A stretch of DNA of 64,000 nucleotides, taken from contig JALMLS010000081.1 in the NCBI GenBank assembly GCA_038496445.1, positions 1-64,000 of the forward strand, in the 5' to 3' direction. This document shows, in pieces, positions 24,788-36,379 of the stretch; position 1 is the first letter of the stretch; each line of letters starts with the position of its first letter. The position numbers were made by a program, and so were the translations under genes. The stretch comes from Trichosphaerium sp. ATCC 40318. Its lineage: Eukaryota; Protista; Tubulinea. Below the pieces are notes generated by a model. The model worked only from the letters and a program-made list of their open reading frames with translations. It did not search any database and was not told the origin of the DNA.

Positions 24788-25628
24788 ATGTTCACCAACA
24801 TATATTTAATTAGAGTTCTGATACTAACTACTACTCTTCTATCAACTAACCAAAGGGACTCAACTTAGACGATGTTTGGGAGGAAGACAAAATGTCTTGT
24901 GGCTCTAGCGCAGCGCCAAGCATTTGTTATCTATTATACAAGAAACACTTGGAAAATAAAAGAAAGTTTTACAGGTTTTTAAAACAAATTGAAAAGGAAA
25001 TTTTTGGGTGGGATGTGGGTGATTGCCGCTCGCCATGTTCTTGTACACGTTGTAGGCGTTTGTAGTTGATTTATGAGTCATACCAAGTCTTACCCAAACG
25101 TCTGTAACGGAGAAAACACGTGTACAGCCATAACAAGTACTATTCAACTTTATATTGTCCGTTACAAGCAAGTGTGACAAATTTATTTGTTTTGTTGCCT
25201 GCCAGCGATGTGGCTCTTGAGACATTTCAGTGCTAGTACGATCTCAAACATTGGTAATGAGTATTTTTTTGCATTTAATATTTTTGTGAGTTTGCATCTC
25301 GCTATTTTTTGTTACCACTAAAGCTAGTTTTCGAGATTGTTATGCACACAGGCAATCCACTAATGTATACAAACTAGCCTATCGATGTACCTTTATGGAG
25401 TACGTTAAGTGAGGGGTGCGTGCTTGGTATTTTTACTACACACGTGAGACAATAGTTCTTAAGCCGTACTATGTATTTATTTGCTCAGTGTATAAACCAA
25501 TTGTAAGAGCAGTAGAATTTGGTAAAAGGAGAAAGGACTAAATCCTTAGTTCTAGAATAATTATGACTTTTTTGCGTTGTTCAGTTTACCAAACTTCGCA
25601 TTGAGATACTTGTTAGCTATCAAAGACG

Positions 25629-27043
25629 ATGGAGGTTAATGATCAAAATTCATTACCCAATCGCTGTGAAATCCAATCGTATGTCATATCATGCTTTGTA
25701 CCTCATACTAACACGCTTTTAGGTCCACAAAGTTATTGGACCTACCTGTTGAGATTTTGGCACGTGTTCTAACAAATACGACAACAGCACGTTTCTCAGT
25801 ATCACAAAGCTGTCAATACCTTCATTCTATCATTTGCGATATTGTTGGGTACAGTGAAGTGATAATAAGAACAGTACCTCAAGCTGTCAAATACAACAAG
25901 CTATTTTGTAAAACAAGAAAGAATACAACAATTATTGTCAACAATGTTATTGCTCCAAAAGACAAAACCTTGAGGATAGCATTAGAAAATAGTACAGGCA
26001 TATTCACAGCATGTAGAAACATTCTAGATTTGTTTTCAAACACTCATTGGACTGCTGCAAACGCAGGTGCTGATAATATTGTTTCTGCTCTGGTTGAACC
26101 AAATGAAGGCTGTATTGGTGTTCACACTATCGATTTGACTGGGTGTAATGGAATAACAGATGAAGGTGTTAAGTTGTTGGCTGGTGTACACACTATCGAC
26201 TTGACAGGATGTACTGAAATAACAGATGAAGGACTCACTCATTTGGCTGGTGTTCATACTATCAACTTGACGGGATGTGATGAAATAACAGATGAAGGAC
26301 TCGTTCATTTGGCTGGTGTTCACACTATAAAATTATTCCTCCTGAGCAAAATATCAGATTCAGGTATCAAGGCATTGGCGGGTGTACACACTATCAATTT
26401 GACTGGGTGTTATGGAATAACTGATGAAGGTGTCAAATCGTTAGCTGGTGCACACACTGTAAGCCTCAATAGTTGTAGAGTATCTGATTCAGGTATCAAG
26501 GTATTAGCTGGTGTACATAAAATTCAATTGGCATATTGTTATGAAGTGACGGATGAGAGCATTAAGGCATTGGCTGGTGTACACAGTATTAACTTAATGA
26601 ATACTAAAGTTACTGATGAAGGTGTTAAAGTACTTGCTGGAGTTCACACCATTCTCCTTGAACGCACTAGAGTAACAGATGAAGGTGTTATAGCGCTTGC
26701 TGGAGTTTATGAGATAGACCTTGCTTATTGTATGAAAGTAACTGACAGCGGTGTCAAAGCACTTGCTGGAGTTCATACTATACACCTTGGTCATACTAAA
26801 ATAACTGATAAAGGTTTAAAAGCACTTGCAGGAGTTCATACTATTACACTCAATCACACTTCAGTAACTGATGAAGGTATAAAAGCACTCAAGGGAGTTC
26901 ATACTATACGCCTCAATCACACTTCAGTAACAGATGAAGGTATAAAAGCACTCAAGGGAGTTCATACCATTTACCTCTTCAACACTTCAGTAACTGTTGA
27001 AGGCACTAAAGCACTGGCTGGGGCAAAATATATTTACAGATAA
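25629..27043 (+). CDS. F-box plus leucine-rich repeat protein (~13 LRRs of 22/24 aa)
   Basis: Exon 1 MEVNDQNSLPNRCEIQS, intron GTATGT...TTTTAG (~25679-25722), then LLDLPVEILARVL and repeats of LAGVHTIxLxxCxxITDEGVK. Confidence 0.85.
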
Positions 27044-27166
27044 ACAGTTAGCACAAAAAACAGGTATTTTGATATGCATAGAGTGCAATATATAATTGCA
27101 AATAAAATAAGGTTAGTTGTTTACTGGTTGTGAGGATTCTGGAATTGTTGCACTCCCTTTTCTCGG

Positions 27167-27729
27167 TTGTCATTGATGTTAAGACTGGAAAAAACTCGAA
27201 GCGAAATTTATGTCTTTCAACAGTATCATGGTAATGGTAGACTACAACTTCAAAAGACGTTTGTTCACGGTGCTGAGACTGGAGAGCTAAAGCAATGGTT
27301 TAAGAATGGTAGACCTGATCTACATAATGTCTCCTTAACGGTAAAAGACATGGATTGATTAAGTCATGGCATGAGAATGGAAAGATGAGACTTAAGACTG
27401 TTTTCGCTCATGGACTACATAATGGTGAACATAATCAGTGGTATAAGAATGGACAGATTTCTTTGAAGACTTCATACAGGAAAGGTAAATTACATGGTAA
27501 GTATGAAGAGTGGTATGAAAATGGTCAACCTCTTATAAAGAATTACCATGTTGATGGTAAGTTACATGGTGAAGTAAAAGGTTGGCATAGGAATGGAAGA
27601 CCTGATATAAATTGTCATTATGTTAATGGTCTTGAGCATGGTGAACATAAGGAGTGGAATCAGTATGGGCAACTTGTATTTCATTGTTTGTATGTTAATG
27701 GTGTAGAACGAGTAGTGTACAAAGGATAG
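27167..27729 (+). pseudogene. MORN-variant (YwqK-like) repeat protein, frameshifted or partial
   Basis: W-[YH]-x-NG...Y-x2-G-x-LHGE repeats in two consecutive ORFs (27167-27358 and 27355-27729) with a frame change near 27330. No clear ATG. Confidence 0.7.
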
Positions 27730-27950
27730 AAAATAAAACACTTTTCGTAAAAGCAACATTCAGCGAAAACAAACTCTCTTGAACGTTACAATTCCCTTTC
27801 TCCCAGGTACACCTTTGTAACTTTTATGACTCAATATTCCTTCTAAGCTGTGATGCATGTTAGCACGTGATATGTTTGTAATTGCGAATACTATTAAACT
27901 GAGGAACAGTGACATTAGAAAAAAGTATTTTTATTTGAATGTTTTAGTAT

Positions 27951-28553
27951 CTAAGCCATGCCTTCATACATTGACATTGGTAGCCCTGAATTAATTGCCA
28001 CTTTTAAAGTATCTTCTATTCTCACTTCTGCATTTGTCTTACCACTATCAATAGCATAAAGGGTATTGTAATCACAACTTTCAAAAAACCTTATTATTCC
28101 ATGTTCAACAGTCAAGGTATTTGTCTTTGTTCCTTCGCCTCCTATCGCAGGTGCTGTGCTACAAATCTCAAATTGTACTGTTCCGTCAAAATGGACATCA
28201 ATTGTGATATAATCGTTATCATCAGTCCCAAGTAAAGCTCCACAGGTCTTGTGACTTCCTTTGAATTTTTTCATAATTTTCATGTAGGTTTCGAAGCAAT
28301 TCTTCGGAATACCTTTTGGTGCTCCCCAGACGTAGTATCGTTGGTATTGACGCTTCCAGAAGTCGTTTTCGCATAAACATAAGCTTCGGAGCTGTTTTGA
28401 GGTACGACTGAGGCGTAGAAAACCCTCCATTGAGCAAAACGCTATAACGTGCTGAAAAACGTCACAGTTGAGAAGAGAATCATTTAATGAGATAGCAGGA
28501 GTTGTAGATGTAACGATAGATGAGAATATCTGCTTATAAGCTGGTTCTTCCAT
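27951..28553 (-). CDS. F-box protein
   Basis: LLNCDVFQHVIAFCSMEGFLRLSRTSKQLRSLCLCENDFWKRQY; single exon, 200 aa. Confidence 0.7.
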   Translation of the reverse strand: MEEPAYKQIFSSIVTSTTPAISLNDSLLNCDVFQHVIAFCSMEGFLRLSRTSKQLRSLCLCENDFWKRQYQRYYVWGAPKGIPKNCFETYMKIMKKFKGSHKTCGALLGTDDNDYITIDVHFDGTVQFEICSTAPAIGGEGTKTNTLTVEHGIIRFFESCDYNTLYAIDSGKTNAEVRIEDTLKVAINSGLPMSMYEGMA

Positions 28554-28779
28554 TGCAGCGTCGCTGTTGACTGTGACGGTTGGCTCAAAAAAGCTATTTT
28601 GAGAAGAAAACGTAAGACCACAAAAATTTATCCTGATTTTTCTTTCATTGTCACCCTAAATACTTGCATTCTTAATCTCCTTACAAAGTGAAACTTGGTA
28701 ACTCGCACATGTGAAAGACACGTGAATGTAACTGTTATATTTCCTGAGTTACTATTTATTGAACACTTGGGAAGCCTTG

Positions 28780-30306
28780 CAAGTGTGGCATTGGTTGAAA
28801 CAAACTTAGCATTTTAAATAAAATCCCGTTCATTTTTTTCTAGTCTTGCTCATATTCTTTATGCAATTAGAATACCTGAAAGGGGTGACCCTTATGTTCA
28901 TAATCTTTTTTGCCATAGCGAATTATTAGCCAAGCTAGAGATCTGGAACTGCTCCAACGGCACTAACATTAAATTATTTGGTGTATTTCATGCTGCAACT
29001 TGTACCCCGGAATGTGAGGCGGGTATACCCATAGTTCTTTCTCAATTAATTGTTCAACTTGTTTATCAAGTCCAAATGCCCTGTGATTTAATGTCTTTGG
29101 ATCAAAATCAACACAAGTATCCCAACGACCCTAAACATCAATAAAGTTTTGACACAGAAAAAAATACTTGAAAAAGGACTGAAAGTCGGTGAATTTCTCT
29201 TCTCATATTTACCTTCTGAACAATCTGAGCACGAGAACATTTCTCTTTCTTATCAATACAAAGTGGAATGAGTGACCTCAATATCTGCTCAAGGTCATTT
29301 GTGTAATGTAAATGAACCATGCCCCCAAATCCTTCAAAAGTCATACCACCACTAGTCTCTTTGGTAGCCTCAATTTTGTAGTGCAACTTGCTCTATTTCC
29401 AAACAACATTACTTACAACTTCAACCTATACATGGTGTATGTATAAAATTATTTGCACGTGCTGTTCTATGTCTTAGGCTTGGAATCTCATCAGCAACTA
29501 ACAAGTCAGTTGTATTGTTTCTAAGCAACACTCTTTGCCTAACACATGGTCTATTAATGGCATGTTCTAATCAATACATGTATTATTCCTTACCCTATCA
29601 ATATTTTAAGATCATATCCATCAAGTTCATGGTAAAGTGCAACTTCGACATTAAGCAACTTGTCACCAACTGTAACCAGAATATCTGAAACAACAACCTG
29701 AACAAGTCATTATTCGTAAGAGTGTATTAATTAACTCATGACGTACACAATGTCTCACAAATCCTTCCTCAACGTTATCCCAGGTCTGGTAGAATGTATG
29801 ATCATGAGCGTTTCGATCAGAAATAACATCAATGTCGAAAAGTTTCTTAAACTTTTGGTGCATCTCAAAACTGTAAATTGCAATAGCAACTTTCTGTGAA
29901 TTTGACAAAGCGCAGTAAACCTGAAAAACGAATTCTATTAGTATACACCAAAACAAGTACATATTGTATAATCTTACATCATACCAAGACTTGTAAGAAG
30001 ACTTAAACGCATCAGAAATGTAAAACTTGCCCTCAATCTTTTTTTTCCAAAAATAATCGCTTTCACGTATTCTGCTGTTGATAACATACGAACTCATACC
30101 TTTAGCATGTTATTCATTACATATAAATTTAAACAGTTACAAGGCAGTTAAGTCTCGCGTACGCGTTAAAACAACGTACTTAGCACACCTACAGATGCAA
30201 TAGGCGCTTCAAGGAGAATAAGCTCAAATAATTCATTTGGAAGCTTAGCAAACACCCCACCAACCCTTTGAGTTATTTGGGTTCTTTTGGCAGCTTTGTT
30301 GCCCAT
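28780..30306 (-). CDS. Multi-exon F-box protein starting MGNKAAK (possible N-myristoylation), copy A; 3' end approximate
   Basis: ATG at 30306 gives MGNKAAKRTQITQRVGGVFAKLPNELFELILLEAPIASVGVL, followed by RESDYFWKKKIE; several short introns. Confidence 0.65.
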
Positions 30307-31074
30307 TTTGTTGTTGCTGTTTTGATAAAGAAGCAGTCACTTCCGATAGGAAATTATCACGTGACATTTTTTGAAGCATGAAAAAAGTGCACCTACAGTA
30401 GTAAAGCCATTTGCCAGTCACGTTTCTTGAGGATTTAGTAATAATCAATTGGATGTCACGTGCATCTAAGTGAGAAGAAAAATGTCAATGTCATGTGGAT
30501 CCTCCACAACCACAGTGCTAGCAAGCCATAAAGCTAGCAATCCAAATAAAGACATCGAATACCATATAAACGACACTACACTCAAAAAAGTTGGATGTTT
30601 GTGAAGAATAGCACAGCACCTATTTTTATAGCAGTTGCTATACTTGCAACACTAGAAGCTCGTCAATCAATTAAATAGTGTGAAAAGTATCTCAACTGAA
30701 GAGTGGTTCGTAACAAATCGGAGGATAAAATTGTTGTCATCTATAGCACGTTTGTTCTATATAAGTGCATTATACATACAAAAATTGGCGCGACTAGCAC
30801 TCATAGCATTTAATTAATGATGACAATAGATGCAAACAAACTAAACGAATATTACAAATTTGTTTGAGCTACGCACGCTATCACTAGACTCTCAAGCAGG
30901 TATAATACTGTTACTCCATATTTGGAATGTACGCACAATAAGATTAGGGAGCCAAAGACAACTTAAGTATTGCATAATAATAGGCGAAGAACAATGTCTG
31001 ATTTATTCAAGTTTTTATGGTTTTTTTAACCCATGCCACAATTATAGCAAGGTTGTCGTACCCAAAGTTCCTCC

Positions 31075-32351
31075 TTGATAAATTGTTCAACTTGTTTATC
31101 AAGTCCAAATGCCCTGTGATTTAATGTCTTTGGATCAAAATCAACACAAGTATCCCAACGACCCTAAACATCAATAAAGTTTCAATTCAACTCAGAATTA
31201 AATTCTTGTAAAAAAGGACTTGAAAGTCGGTGAATTTCTCTTGTCATATTTACCTTCTGAACAATCTGAACATGAGAACATCTCTCTTGCTTATCAATAC
31301 AAAGTGGAATGAGTGATCTCAAGATCTGCTCAAGGTCATTTGTGTAATGTAAATGAACCATGCCCCCAAATCCATCAAAAGTCATACCACCACTAGTCTC
31401 TTTGGTAGCCTCAAGTGAGCGTTGTAACTTGCTCTGTTAACAAATAACATTATTTAAAACTATTTACATACGTGTGTAAAAAAATTGCTTACTCTGTTTA
31501 TTCTAAGTCTTGGGATCTCATCAGCAACAAACAAGTCAGTTGTTTTGTTTCTAAACAACACCCTTTGCCTAGTATTGGTATATTAATGGCATGTTTTGGT
31601 AAATAGGTGTGTTGTTTCTTACCCTATCAGAATTTTGAGATCGTATCCATCAGGTTCATGGTAAAGTGCAACTTCGACATTAAGCAACTTGTCACCAACT
31701 GTAACCAGAATATCTGAAACAACAACCTGAACAAGTCATTATTAGTCAGAGTGTATTAATTAACTCATGACGTACACAATGTCTCACAAATCCTTCCTCA
31801 ACATTATCCCATACTGGTAGAATGTATGATCATGAGCGTTTCGATCAGAAATAACATCAATATCGAAAAGTTTCTTGAACTTTTGGTGCATCTCGAAACT
31901 GTAAATTGCAATAGCAACTTTCTGTGAATTTGACAAAGCACAGTAAACCTGAAAAACGAATTCTATTAGTATACACCAAACCAAGTGCATATTGTGTAAC
32001 CTTACATCATACCAAGACTTGTAAGAAGACTTAAACGCATCAGAAATGTAAAACTTGTTCTCAATCTTTTTTTTCCAAAAATAATCGCTTTCACGTATTC
32101 TGTTGTTGATAACATACGAACTCATACCTTTAATATGTTAATTCATTTCATATATGTAATTTTAAACAGCTACAAGGCGCTTAAGTCTCGCATACGCGTT
32201 AAAACAACTTACCTAACACACCTACAGATGTAATAGGCGCTTCAAGGAGAATAAGCTCAAATAATTCATTTGGAAGCTTAGCAAACACCCCACCAACCCT
32301 TTGAGTTATTTGGGTTCTACTAGCAGTTATTTTGGCAGCTTTGTTGCCCAT
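31075..32351 (-). pseudogene. Tandem copy B of the MGNKAAK F-box gene, with an apparent 1-nt deletion and a divergent or truncated 3' end
   Basis: Near-identical to 29045-30370. TACCAGACCTGGGAT in copy A vs TACCAGTATGGGAT in copy B near 31812 shifts the frame (could be an assembly error). Confidence 0.6.
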
Positions 32352-32455
32352 TTTGTTGTTGCTACGACTTTTGATAAAGAAGCAGTCACTTCCGATAGGA
32401 AGTTATCACGTGACATTTTTTTAATGCGACTGAAAATGTTGCCAAGAGCAATTTA

Positions 32456-33298
32456 TTATTGGTGCTGCAACCCGTTGATGTAGAAGCAGTGTTTCAATAT
32501 TACGCCATTGCTAGCCCATTGAGTATATTCTCCATCTCTCTTACCATCAACATGATAAACAAGCTCTTCTATCTGACCATTTTCATGCCATCTCTGGTAC
32601 AGTCCTTCATGTATTCCATTAAGGTAAGAGTTCACTTGAAGCACTTGACCATTTTTATGCCACTCCTTATATTCTCCTTGTCGTTTACCATTGGAATACA
32701 TACCTTGCTGCCGTATTTGACCATTTTCATCCCACCACTTGTACTCTCCTTCTTTGTTACCATTAGTGTAGTTTACTTCTGCGTGTAATTGACCATTTGA
32801 GTACCAGTGCTTGTACTTTCCTTCTATTGTATCATTGACATACTGACAACGAACTCTTAATTGTCCATTCTTATGCCACCATTTGTATTCACCATGGAGT
32901 TTGTGGTTTGAGTAGGTACCTTGATCACGCAACTGGTCATTACCATACCAACTCTTGAACTCTCCTTCTCTTCTTCCATTCACAAAGACTTGAGTTGTTT
33001 TGTAGGTGCTGCTTGGATTGTGAAAGGGCTTCCATTGTTTCAACCATTTCCCACATTTTTTAAGACTATCATTGAATCGTGTTGTTGTAGCACTATATTT
33101 AGATAACAGTGGCCACTTAACATAAACTTCAAAGTCCAAATCGGTGATATAATAATGCAGTTCAACTGGAATATTTAATAAGCAGACATTGTCTTCTTTG
33201 ATAGGTACCATCTACAATGTATTTTGTTGTTAATTTGGTTCCAACCAAATTACACACGTTTTATAAAACAAGTGCGTTACCTTGCGTTTTACTGCCAT
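32456..33298 (-). CDS. F-box-like plus MORN-variant repeat protein
   Basis: Short exon MAVKRK|GTAACG, then CLLNIPVELHYYI and seven 24-aa W-[YH]-x-NGQ...Y-x-NG-x2-[EH]G-x-YK repeats. Confidence 0.8.
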
Positions 33299-33550
33299 GA
33301 TTTATGAAGCGATAAGGATACACGTTGAAAGTATAGGTTAATCTGAACTAGAAACGTACAATTTCGGTCAAGAAAGTTCAGTAAAAACACGTGACCATGG
33401 TACGTCGTCTCTTTTCAACCCAATTCTCATACAACCTAAAAATAGCTTTTCTTGCCGAAACTGGTTAATGAAAATGTTGCTGGCTTTAGGGATGGTTTAC
33501 CTACTCTAGCTTCCCTACTTTTCGTGAAGTGAATCATCCTCGAATGCAGT

Positions 33551-33606
33551 CATCATCTGATGCTCTTCAACAAAAGCGCATCATCTGATGCTCTTCAACA
33601 AAAGCG
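33551..33606. repeat. Perfect 28-bp tandem duplication
   Basis: catcatctgatgctcttcaacaaaagcg occurs twice. Confidence 0.9.
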
Positions 33607-33905
33607 TTATCTATGTGGGAAGCCTCAATTTCGCTCAAACAGTAAGTAAATTGAAGAGGCTCAGTAAGGCTCTATATTGGTTCATTCATTTCTGCAATGG
33701 TGCTCTAGATAAAATGTAAAGCTGTCTTCACTTTATTTAAGCTTTGTAAGAAAGTGTGAGACGGCCTCCATTAGTGGTATTGTAGATCATTAAGAACATA
33801 TCCAATCCCATGCGTAATATGTAATTAGGGGAAGTAGAATGAGTAAATTACTAGGAATATTGTAGGACAAAGAATAACGGGGTAAAAACAAAGTGTAATA
33901 TTTTA

Positions 33906-34502
33906 TTACTCTGACTTGTTGCTTTTTTTTACAGTCATCTTTGGGTTTATTACTTGATCAAAGTTATCATCAAAAGTGAATTTATATTGGTGTTGTCGGA
34001 CAATATTTTTAGATCTAACCAAGTCTGCTAGTCTTGTACATAGAGAACATTCATTAACTTCAGATACTTGATCATCTTCATCGCGTTCTCTACTTGAAGC
34101 AATAGTTCTAGTTATTCCTTTCAATACTACATGAGCACCACCAAACTTATATCGCGTCTTTTCTTTAAAAATCACGTGCCAACGTCCTATTGCATATCTG
34201 CTATAATCGGTATCTTCAATTTCCTCTGAACTTTCTACTTGTCTCTTAAAAGTTCCGTCTTCATTGAGTAAAAGCAGTATATCAAACTGACCATGCGCCC
34301 ACCCATCGTCACGCTCTATTTCAATGCCGACAACCGATGAGATTTCTTCTAGAATCATTTTCATTCGTCTTTTTGAAGCGTTGTGAAAAAGCCTTGATGT
34401 CTTGCTTAAAGTAACGATTGTATCTTCAGAAGCTATTTCACAGATAAGATATGCTATATCAAACCCAAGAGATGATAAAGAGACGTGCTGTGGAGTTGAC
34501 AT
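33906..34502 (-). CDS. F-box-like protein
   Basis: SLSSLGFDIAYLICEIASEDTIVTLSKTSRLFHNAS; single exon, 198 aa. Confidence 0.6.
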   Translation of the reverse strand: MSTPQHVSLSSLGFDIAYLICEIASEDTIVTLSKTSRLFHNASKRRMKMILEEISSVVGIEIERDDGWAHGQFDILLLLNEDGTFKRQVESSEEIEDTDYSRYAIGRWHVIFKEKTRYKFGGAHVVLKGITRTIASSRERDEDDQVSEVNECSLCTRLADLVRSKNIVRQHQYKFTFDDNFDQVINPKMTVKKSNKSE

Positions 34503-34689
34503 TTGTATCGTTTTTTTGAAAAAGACTTTTGTGTAAAAACTTAACCATTCATGGAATGGATTTCAGCAGTTCAGATTTCGCTAAAAATTCTGTGTCATTC
34601 TCAAAAATATGCAAAAGCTGAACTTAAAAGGGTGAATTGGCTTGAGAAGTTACGTATTGATCAGAATAATGCTCTTTTGTTAATTTTGG

Positions 34690-35570
34690 TCATTGTTCCA
34701 TATCACAAACAGTGGAACGATTGGTATCACGCCCTGGGCCTCTGGAGCCCCAGGGGCGCTTCATACCACTTCACTGTCGCCAGAGATTCTTGGCGATCAA
34801 TTCATCCTTACACAAAAAATATACAAACTACTGGACGTGATTGTCTTCGTAACATGGTACAACTCAAGTACAAAGTGTTTATGAAGTTCCCGCGCACAGC
34901 TAAAACGTTCTACTGGCATCTATATAACCCCAGTATAGAGCTCACTCCGGCAGTTAAAAGTATCCTTGCCACACGTGTCACACTGAAGCGCCTACAAAGC
35001 GCTTTCTTTTCTAAACTTCCACTGCTACGAGATCTGGCCCATCGCGCTATACTGCGCACGTTAAAATGCTCCTATAGCACGCCTCAGATCACTGGAACAT
35101 GGATATTATTCAAATCACCCTTCTGGACTGGCTGATGTCACGTGCCAACGCCTCGGTGTTAACTCTGTACACGCTTGCCCTGCTCCCAGATGCCATTCAA
35201 GTACGGTTCCTAGTACTGATGCGCATGGTATGGCTAGATTACAATAACATATGTCATGGAGGCTGTATGCGCTTGCGCAAAGCCTTTATTTCTCAGTACA
35301 AACGTGAGTGCACTCTTGCGATCTAATGTTACCAAAAACTATCTTCGAACTTGGTCGACATTTATAGCCTGACCACACGATCAACGCTAAGGGCGGAGGC
35401 TCGCTTCCTCACTGTTACGATCCAGCAAAGTAGCTGGCGTCCTGAAAGTCTTTCCTCGCATTGGAAGCATCCGGTGCAACTCCAGTGTAAGCCCTTGGTG
35501 GGCACCATTGTATGTCTGTCTCAGAATGAGCCGCTTCAAGGAATGCAGACAAATAAAAGTAAAGTAAAGT
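34690..35570 (+). mobile_element. Possible decayed 3' end of a second non-LTR retroelement
   Basis: GC-richer and intronless. FFSKLPLLRDLAHR and (after a frameshift) MRMVWLDYNNICHG resemble L1-type ORF2 C-terminal motifs. (TAAAG)n-like tail at 35551-35570. No zinc knuckle or TSD seen. Confidence 0.35.
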
Positions 35571-36379
35571 TTTTGGTCATTGTTCATAACTGTGTATTTC
35601 GTTAGTCTTTTTGTAAACTCCTTTGTCTATGCAAGCATTTGTAAATTGCCCACGACTGAGCAAGGCAACAAACACTCGAAAGCCAGGATAACAACCTACT
35701 TGATATAGAGGAGAAATTTTTTAGCATGCTCGAGGCTCGAACTGACAAGTGATAGAGCTGTTAGTTTTTGCAAGATCTTATCTTAAGATATCTCTTTGAT
35801 ACTTTTGCCAAACCAGTTGCAAACTAAATGATACGGACATATATGACGTTACCTAGGGATTTGACTTGAAACAACGCTATTCTATTTTAGCGTTAACCCT
35901 ACAAGTTAAAAAGCCACTCCCAATTTGTAGCATGCACGTGACTTTCTGTTCTTATGCTCACATTAAGTATTGTATGAGTATACACTCTTGCTATAGCCTT
36001 GCAGAGTTGCAAAAGGCTACCTATGTTCACCAACCGTCCCGTAAAATCAGGCTTAGCAATAACACAAAATAGCACTATTTCAGGTCAACTTCCTAGGTCT
36101 TCTGTTGGTTTTGATTTTGTTTTTAATGGCCCTTTGTCCTTGTATATTACGTTGTTACCGCCAGCATGTAGGTCGAAGGTTGTGGTTAGATCCACAGGTT
36201 CATTGGTTGTGATGAATTCGTATGATCCGATTCGTAATTTGATGTTAGTTTTTAATCAACTAAACATCTGCTCTTTCTGACGTCTCAAGCGTAGAAACAA
36301 GTTGACCGGTACGGAAGTGTCGTCTACTTGATATTTTAGTATAGAAGCCAATTGCGCTTATAGTTAGCGAAAAGAGAGT

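Noticed and set aside
26100-27020. Regularly spaced 66/72-nt DNA repeats (also 50560-51430) as a CRISPR-like array
   Set aside because: They are in-frame LRR coding repeats with synonymous variation; there are no unique spacers and no cas genes.
25629-34502. Endogenous giant virus
   Set aside because: No capsid, polymerase, packaging ATPase or other NCLDV core gene, and the genes carry host-type introns.
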